A DNA stretch of 51,563 nucleotides from an uncultured Verrucomicrobiota bacterium (GTDB lineage: Bacteria > Verrucomicrobiota > Kiritimatiellia > CAYTQP01), in contig CAYTQP010000002.1 in the NCBI GenBank assembly GCA_964440175.1, positions 1-51,563 of the forward strand, in the 5' to 3' direction. The position numbers and the translations under genes are program-made. The notes under the pieces are model-generated. The model saw nothing but the letters and a program-made list of their open reading frames with translations, did not search any database and was not told the DNA's origin. This document shows, in pieces, positions 45,293-51,563 of this stretch. How positions within the stretch are numbered: the first letter of the stretch is position 1; every line of letters begins with the position of its first letter.

Positions 45293-48193
45293 CTACGGTA
45301 GTTTCACCTTTATTCTGTAGAACTCCAGCGGCAGATTGTTGGTGACAATCACGAAGTCCGCGCCGCCTTTCCCCATCCTCGGAGGAACCCCCGGAACGTT
45401 TGTCCAAACGCCGGAAATGAGGTTTGTGCATCCATACAAGGTATAAAGACGATTGCTTGATGAGATAAAATCAATTTTTGCGGGAACCTCACTCATGAGG
45501 GTCGTTCGAAAGTACTCATTAGAGTCTACCGGATTGGTGTCGGCAATATATTCCTCTCGCGTTGTGAATGGATCGTGATCGGGGTTGCCGCCGGGAGGCT
45601 CTGACGGAGAAAGGCCGAATCTGGCGAGCCATGAGGCAGGAATCATCCCGGATGTGTTAATATATTCATACGCCCCCATGTCCACAACACCTTCAGTTAT
45701 TCTCGGATTCCCGGGCAAGTCCACAGCACCTTTCGTCATCCACGAAACAGTAAGCCCAGCATTCACACAAATAGAGTTCGATTGCAACGAATAGTCCCCG
45801 CCACCCACAAAACCAGAATTGGCTACGAGATTGCTGGTTCCCGGTCCGGAAAAAGATTCTCCTAGGCAGGAGTAACTAATGCGGGTTTGATTAGTCTCAC
45901 CGTTCCAGTCAATATCATCGTCGCCATTGCCATAAATAATGCAGTTTAACATATCTATATCTGATCCTATGTAGAGACCATCGGCATGACCATCACTTGT
46001 GTTGGCGGTGATGGTCAGGTTGGTGAGACCAGCCCTGATCAAATAGCCGTCGGCATAAACGCCGCCACCATTGCCTGTGGCATGATTGCCAGCAACCAGC
46101 ACACTTATAGCGGTTCCCCTCGGAGCGTAAAGACCTCCGCCATTCCCCCCGCTTTGATTGTTTTTGACAACACAGTTAAGAACACGTGTGTCCGTATCAA
46201 CCATATAGAGACCTCCGCCATTCCCGCCCGCTGTGTTATCGGTAAAAACGCAACGTTCATAACGTCCTCCATCTGTGGTGATTCCGCCACCACCGCCATC
46301 ACCGGCAATGTTATTGGAAATCACAGAATCACTGATAACCACTCTGCTGTCATAAGAGATAAACCCGCCTCCACTGCCAGTCGCCGTATTGGCGGAAATC
46401 AGACAATTCTCCACGCACGTAGCACCGTCCAGATAAAGACCACCGCCCACTGATGCCGTGTTGCTCACCACAACACAGTTGCGGAGTGTCCCCCCTTTGA
46501 GCCGGGCGGCCCCGCCATATCCCGGTGAGTTGATACCGCCCCATTCGCTGTTCCCGCCAGTTAGCGTCAAATTCTCTATCACCGAGTTCACGTCTCTGTA
46601 AACCTGAACGCAACGATCACGTGGAGAGATCGTTGACCCATCCAATATTACCTCTGTGTTCAATGCTGTCCCAATTAGCTTAAGCTCCTTTGAAGCGTCC
46701 ATAATCAACGTGCCGGAGAGCTGATAACGTCCAGCTGCAATCTTAATGATATCGCCGGTACCAGCAACATCAAAGGCATCATTAACGCTTCGTGCCGCCG
46801 TGGCCTCTGTTGTGTAAGGGGATATGTCGCTTCCAGATTTTGACACGTAACGGATAATCGGTGTGCGTAGCGTGAGACAGGCATCACCATCAATACGCAT
46901 TCCGTTGAACCAGAGCGGTGTACGCCAATATTTCTCATAGTAAATTTTATCCACTTTGACACACGAGTTGTACCAAAGTCTGAATGCCTCACCAACACAC
47001 TTTCCTGAACTCAACGCATTGTAAAAAACTGAGGCGCGGTAATTATTGAAAGAGATCATTCCTCCGGTTCCTGAATGTGACCACGAAACGAGTCCTCCCG
47101 CCTGTGGATTCATAACCGTTATGCGGTTGAAACAGTTGGCTACGGTAAAATTGGCACTGGAACACCCATAAATATTGTAAAATACCGCACGGGGATCCCT
47201 GGAAAGATAGTCCGTTGGTCTCACAGTGACTCCATCATCCCACTGATGAGTTGTGGCCGTGCCATGACAACGCACCTGAATCAGTTCATAATCAGCGTTG
47301 AGATAGTTGTCGCGATAGTCAACTCCGCCCGTGCCGAAGTCTCTGCCAACCACTCTGGATGTAACAGACGGGAAAACAGCCTGCAACTCGTGGACATCAT
47401 TATCCGCGTTAGCGGCCCAATCGGTATCCGTGTAATGCAACGCCGCCTTGCTCACCGAAACACTTCCGCTGCGGTAGGCGTGATTTCTCGAAAAATAATT
47501 ATTCAACAAATCAACCGTCGAATAAGTGCCGATTGCGAGATTGTCGGCGGCAATGCGTGCCACCCAGATTTCACAGTAGAGATCACCAGCGCGAGCATCG
47601 TAACATCCGGCAGCAAAAGGCGCATTTGTATTGGCATCCATCCAGACTCCATCCAAATCCATAAAATAAAAATCACAAATTTCGGCTTCGTAAAACCCAT
47701 GCCCGGACTCAAACTCTTTGATCATCTCCCAAATGACATAAGGAAGATTTCCCACCAAAACCACGCCACTGAGTGAATCCTGTTCCGCATAATAACCCTG
47801 AAGCAATGTTCTCAGCTGCAAAGCATCACCTGAAAAAGTGATGACAAAGGGATCAAATCCCTGCGTGACAAGATCGGCGACATAACTGCTGACACCTGTG
47901 GCGATAGACGGATAGAGCGCGGTCTCAACTACCACCGCGACGCGACCGCCCGCAACCAGTCCCGGATCAAAACTCCTTGTCCCCAATGGACGCGGAATCG
48001 GAATCTTCTCCACAGCCAGAGGGGCGGCGGTATAATCTGGCGGTGGCGGCGATGCCCGACCGTCAGCACGCCTTGTCGGAAGAGGATCGCCCCAAACAGA
48101 GGCGGACACGGCAAAAATTGACAAGATAAGTATTATACTGTTTTTTTTAATTTTCATCTTTCTGTCCATCTCCAAAATATGCTGTCTAATCAT
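45293..48193 (-). CDS. Large secreted protein: gingipain-like (clan CD, C25-like) domain + parallel beta-helix repeats + C-terminal FYR module
   Basis: Signal peptide MKIKKNSIILILSIFAVSASVWG (likely true start 48157). Candidate His-Gly/Cys dyad (VRCHGTATTHQW at 47264-47266; IYGCSSANF at 47162-47164). At least six N-x-[AS]-x-G-x-GGG[LFV][YI] beta-helix/Pmp-like repeats. A TSP3-like NPDHDPFTTREEYIADTNPVDSNEYF segment. Confidence 0.6.
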   Translation of the reverse strand: MIRQHILEMDRKMKIKKNSIILILSIFAVSASVWGDPLPTRRADGRASPPPPDYTAAPLAVEKIPIPRPLGTRSFDPGLVAGGRVAVVVETALYPSIATGVSSYVADLVTQGFDPFVITFSGDALQLRTLLQGYYAEQDSLSGVVLVGNLPYVIWEMIKEFESGHGFYEAEICDFYFMDLDGVWMDANTNAPFAAGCYDARAGDLYCEIWVARIAADNLAIGTYSTVDLLNNYFSRNHAYRSGSVSVSKAALHYTDTDWAANADNDVHELQAVFPSVTSRVVGRDFGTGGVDYRDNYLNADYELIQVRCHGTATTHQWDDGVTVRPTDYLSRDPRAVFYNIYGCSSANFTVANCFNRITVMNPQAGGLVSWSHSGTGGMISFNNYRASVFYNALSSGKCVGEAFRLWYNSCVKVDKIYYEKYWRTPLWFNGMRIDGDACLTLRTPIIRYVSKSGSDISPYTTEATAARSVNDAFDVAGTGDIIKIAAGRYQLSGTLIMDASKELKLIGTALNTEVILDGSTISPRDRCVQVYRDVNSVIENLTLTGGNSEWGGINSPGYGGAARLKGGTLRNCVVVSNTASVGGGLYLDGATCVENCLISANTATGSGGGFISYDSRVVISDSVISNNIAGDGGGGGITTDGGRYERCVFTDNTAGGNGGGLYMVDTDTRVLNCVVKNNQSGGNGGGLYAPRGTAISVLVAGNHATGNGGGVYADGYLIRAGLTNLTITANTSDGHADGLYIGSDIDMLNCIIYGNGDDDIDWNGETNQTRISYSCLGESFSGPGTSNLVANSGFVGGGDYSLQSNSICVNAGLTVSWMTKGAVDLPGNPRITEGVVDMGAYEYINTSGMIPASWLARFGLSPSEPPGGNPDHDPFTTREEYIADTNPVDSNEYFRTTLMSEVPAKIDFISSSNRLYTLYGCTNLISGVWTNVPGVPPRMGKGGADFVIVTNNLPLEFYRIKVKLP

Positions 48194-48209
48194 TCGAACT
48201 TCATCTAAC

Positions 48210-49694
48210 CTACGGTCTTACCGCACGAACACGATAAAAACGCTTCTCCCCCGCCGGCTCTTGATAGCTTCCCGTCGCCAGCGCGGGAGGTCCATTGGTG
48301 AAAACCGGGTGCCACACACCATTATCCAATGCCACCCTTGACTCCAGAATCTGCATGAGATTTGTCCCCCCGATCCAAGAGATATGCACATTTTTATTTT
48401 TGAAAACTGGAGCGTGCATAATAATCGTTTTTTCAGTATCCACAGCGTAAAGCCGAACCGCCCCGGCGTTCACTCCCGCATTCTCGCAACCGGGAACCCC
48501 AAAAGATAACTCTGAATCCTCCAACGCCACCGACGCGCCCGCATGTTCCCCCTCCACCGGCGGAGCGGGAATAATCCGCAACGGTGTGCCCCACTCTTCA
48601 TTCTCAGCGGGAACATCAAAGGTCAAAACCGTCCCGGCAGCAGCAACCCCGTTGACAACCGCCTCGGGCGCACCCACAACCAGCAGTTCAGCGTTTATGG
48701 CGACAGACGAACCGAACGCGGCTGTGATTGAGATCGGCAACGGCAACAATTTCTTCACCTGTCCCCAATGATTGGAACCGCCGTCATTCCGCCCGAAAAT
48801 ATATACCGCTCCCACACCGCTACCGGATTCGCCAGCGTTTGGCGCGCCAACTGCGGCGATACCGTCGCAAAGCGCAACCGAAGAACCCAACATATCAAAA
48901 GCCGCACCGTCATCAGCCGTCAAAACACGTTTCTGCGTCCAGGAGGTTCCATGAGAATAATCACGGATGAAAATGCGGGCGGAGCCGGATTTGGAGCCAT
49001 GTGGATCACTGTTGTCAGCCCCCACAAGCAATTCATCACCATCAATCGACACCGCACATCCAAAATAATCATAGGCCGCAGCAACCGTTGACACCCCCCT
49101 CCAGCTTTGAGTCCAAACTCCCCCCGCACCGCGCTCAAAAACAAACACCGCTCCCGCCGCTTTCGATCCCGAAACCGATTCCTTGCGCGATCCCACCGCG
49201 AGCCGGCTCCCATCCAGTGACACCGAACATCCAAACAAATACCCCGCGCCGGGATCCCGCGCCATAAGCTTCTGACGCTGAATCCAATTAGTCCCGTCCG
49301 TGGTGAAAATATACACCGCACCGGCATCCACACCAGCTTGATCATCACTGGCAACTCCTATCGCCAGCGTGTTGCTGTCCGCCGCAAGCACCCGCCCAAA
49401 ATAATCGTATTCCGCGCCGGCGGAAGCAACCAGAGATGTCGCATAAAGCCAGCTCCCACTATCTTGAACGTTATAGATGTGTGTGACACCTTGATTGGTG
49501 CTTACGCCAACATTTGAAAGCGGGGCCCCCACCGCCAGCCAGCCCGAACCAAACACCACCGCGCTCCCCGCTTCACCTCCCGCCACAGGAGGGGAAAGTT
49601 CAACTCCCCCGGAAACCTGAAACGCCATCACAGAAAAAACGGATATACCAAACACCAAAACCGTCGCAATTGATCTGACACGCAAATATACCAT
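48210..49694 (-). CDS. Secreted FG-GAP repeat (integrin-alpha-like beta-propeller) protein
   Basis: Signal peptide. Repeated YDYFG..(V/L)..DG..L.VGA units (YDYFGRVLAADSNTLAIG, YLFGCSVSLDGSRLAVG, YDYFGCAVSIDGDELLVGA, FDMLGSSVALCDGIAAVGAP, AAFGSSVAINAELLVVGAP). Confidence 0.7.
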   Translation of the reverse strand: MVYLRVRSIATVLVFGISVFSVMAFQVSGGVELSPPVAGGEAGSAVVFGSGWLAVGAPLSNVGVSTNQGVTHIYNVQDSGSWLYATSLVASAGAEYDYFGRVLAADSNTLAIGVASDDQAGVDAGAVYIFTTDGTNWIQRQKLMARDPGAGYLFGCSVSLDGSRLAVGSRKESVSGSKAAGAVFVFERGAGGVWTQSWRGVSTVAAAYDYFGCAVSIDGDELLVGADNSDPHGSKSGSARIFIRDYSHGTSWTQKRVLTADDGAAFDMLGSSVALCDGIAAVGAPNAGESGSGVGAVYIFGRNDGGSNHWGQVKKLLPLPISITAAFGSSVAINAELLVVGAPEAVVNGVAAAGTVLTFDVPAENEEWGTPLRIIPAPPVEGEHAGASVALEDSELSFGVPGCENAGVNAGAVRLYAVDTEKTIIMHAPVFKNKNVHISWIGGTNLMQILESRVALDNGVWHPVFTNGPPALATGSYQEPAGEKRFYRVRAVRP

Positions 49695-50506
49695 AACTAA
49701 CCCTCTTCCAAAAAAACACCGAAGCCCCGGCGCATATCACGCCCGCACGCCGTTGCCTTCAGCTCCCCCGCCGATTTTTTATTCCATCACGCTCCAAACA
49801 GCGCAAACCTCAATTTTTAAAATAACCCGAAGTGTAACTTTTCATCGAATATCCATCAACAACAACCTGTCTGTTTTTCTGGAGCTCCCTCCCCCATTGT
49901 CATCTCGCTGAAATTAGTGTCACTCTTCATATTAAATTCATAACATAACCACTGCGACAAACTGGTGGCGTTGTAGAGGAAAATAACCACCACCACAAAA
50001 ACTCATTCCTCGTTTGTCCTGACGTTTGACAACACCGTACCCCAAACCCCAATGGGCTTCCCTCATTGCTGAAAGAGATCGAAACAAATAAAACTCCGTT
50101 CAAAAATTCCCAGCCCGCTAATTAAACGTTTTCACCCTCAATTCTTTTAAGCGTTGATGAAGAGATGAAAATAATATTCGTGTTTATTCGCACCTGCCAG
50201 CCAAAATCCGGCGCAGACGAACCCATTTGCGCTTCCTGATTCTCAGTGGGTGTATCACTGAAAATCCAGCGGATAAAAACCTTTCTTTCAAAGGAATTTT
50301 TGATAAATTGAAGAACTATGAAGCATTTAACACGCTCACGAATCAGTCGATTCACTTTACGGTGTTCAACGCACGAATTTAAAAGACCCCGTCATGCGAA
50401 ATGTGAGCTTTAACCGTTCGGTCTGAAAAATTTGTGGAGGGTTCTTGGCTATTGATGCTTTGATTGCCGCTAGCACAATGCCGCCCTGCGTGCTGTACGC
50501 CTCACG

Positions 50507-50546
50507 ATTCGGGTGAAATAAAAATATTGTAAATCATCACCCGAAT
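50507..50546. repeat. Perfect 10-bp inverted repeat ATTCGGGTGA ... TCACCCGAAT with 20-nt AT-rich loop
   Basis: Arms at 50507-50516 and 50537-50546, read directly. No flanking T-tract on either strand. About 170 nt upstream of the lipoprotein gene. Confidence 0.6.
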
Positions 50547-50715
50547 ATAGTGAAGAATATGAAATAAACCATTGAAGCATTGCGACAATCGTGCAAAGAG
50601 AGTATGAAAAGTGAAGATTACGGAAAGATCAAATCAGACATTGCTCTCAACAGCAATAGTCGCACAGCAACCATCGCTTACGAGTAAGTTTAATCGTTAA
50701 AATAAGGAAAAAACA

Positions 50716-51321
50716 ATGAAGATGCTGATTCTACCGCCCATACTTTTCACGTTGCTCTGCGGATGCGCAAACACATCAGAGTTAACACTTTCTCGATCAG
50801 ACACAAAGATTGTCGCAATATTCTGGAATTCTGAAACCGCTCAAGTTATCCAAATCGGCTCTGTGGATAATCCATATAGAGGAGATCCTAAGATTATTAT
50901 AAAAGCTGACGATGAAATCATATTTGACAGCCACCTTTGTTCTCCCGATGCCGTCTCTAATTACATTGCCGGGAATGATCACTATAATATTGGTAGCGGT
51001 ATTTGGGAACATCCCGATGCCAGAAGTTTGAGGTCAGACAAAACATGGGGCAAAGGTGCTCAATGTGTAGATATTCTTAAACCAGCAAGTCGAAAGACCA
51101 ATTTAACGTATGACGAAGCTCGGCGGCAGGGCGTTAAGGTGGTTGCCCAAGATAGCAAGATTCGCGCAATCCGCATTGCCGATTTCAGATGCGATCCAAA
51201 AGAACATATGATTAAGATCAAAGTGGATGATTCTTCATGGATGAATTCTCGGTTGACCCGTGAACAATGCATTGAGCTATTCAGGGGTTCCGTTAATGAA
51301 ATGAGATATTTTACCGAATAA
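50716..51321 (+). CDS. Hypothetical lipoprotein
   Basis: MKMLILPPILFTLLCGCANT contains a lipobox (LLCG|C). AAGGAAAA lies upstream of the ATG. GC is lower than in the rest of the window. No domain recognised. Confidence 0.55.
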   Translation: MKMLILPPILFTLLCGCANTSELTLSRSDTKIVAIFWNSETAQVIQIGSVDNPYRGDPKIIIKADDEIIFDSHLCSPDAVSNYIAGNDHYNIGSGIWEHPDARSLRSDKTWGKGAQCVDILKPASRKTNLTYDEARRQGVKVVAQDSKIRAIRIADFRCDPKEHMIKIKVDDSSWMNSRLTREQCIELFRGSVNEMRYFTE

Positions 51322-51563
51322 TACATATCCCTTCTAAACCGGAGAGGTGTCCTTGTGGATTATTTGAGCCACTGAACACCCCGAATATACGGAACGCCAA
51401 CTTGCTCTATTCATAAATATCTCATATCCCGCAATACTATCAACTCAACACCTCAAAAGAAGTCGAAAAGTGGCAAAACGAATTCTTTTTAGCAGTCTGA
51501 AAAATGTGCCCCTGTAGAATTCCTGTGGCTTACTCCGTACATTTCACCTGTCCCCAACCATTT

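Noticed and set aside
50122-50355. 77-aa minus-strand ORF in the 1-kb gap.
   Set aside because: It has no RBS, no signal or TM features and no domain features, and it sits in AT-rich non-coding-looking sequence.
1-51563. Search for CRISPR arrays, tRNA/rRNA genes, transposases, integrases, toxin-antitoxin pairs, reverse transcriptases or known defence-system genes.
   Set aside because: I saw no spaced direct repeats, no tRNA-like T-arm/acceptor patterns in the intergenic regions I read, and no ORF with such motifs. A dedicated scan (tRNAscan, Infernal, defence-system HMMs) would be needed to exclude small RNAs definitively.

Overview
The window is a 51.6-kb bacterial chromosomal segment of roughly 50% GC with about 41 protein genes. 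I saw no rRNA, tRNA, CRISPR array, transposase or integrase. All calls rest on motifs read from the ORF translations; no homology search was possible.

Gene content:
- A sulfatase with a Tat-like leader, GH29 and GH95 fucosidases, uxaC, and many prepilin-type N-terminal proteins. By inference only, this suggests a polysaccharide-degrading member of the PVC superphylum (Kiritimatiellota, Verrucomicrobiota or Lentisphaerota-like).
- Housekeeping blocks: panC; nusA-infB-rbfA-truB-ribF (no rimP or ylxR seen); kbl; acpS.
- Accessory blocks: a five-gene GspG/H/I/J/K-like pseudopilin operon without any T2SS core genes, running on into a sulfatase and a NYN-domain gene; a GH29-polyprenyl synthase-uxaC-MFS operon; and an OMF-MFP-RND efflux operon.

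Most interesting region (35.7-44.9 kb): a ten-gene, translationally coupled minus-strand cluster.
- Its core is MoxR AAA+ ATPase with DUF58, flanked by DUF4350-like, DUF4129-like, SpoIIM-like and RDD proteins.
- It is extended upstream by four small membrane proteins: two with an identical eight-ligand B-box-like Cys/His module, two with the same CX2CX17CX2C zinc ribbon, and one GYF-RDD fusion.
- No function can be assigned to this cluster from the sequence.

Other points:
- A G9 tract lies inside the major pseudopilin gene.
- A gingipain-like/beta-helix giant protein and an FG-GAP protein share a C-terminal module ending in FYR[IV].
- Tandem TTGTCC-N7-GGACAA hairpins sit between two operons.
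- The right end of the window has about 1 kb of lower-GC sequence without convincing genes.
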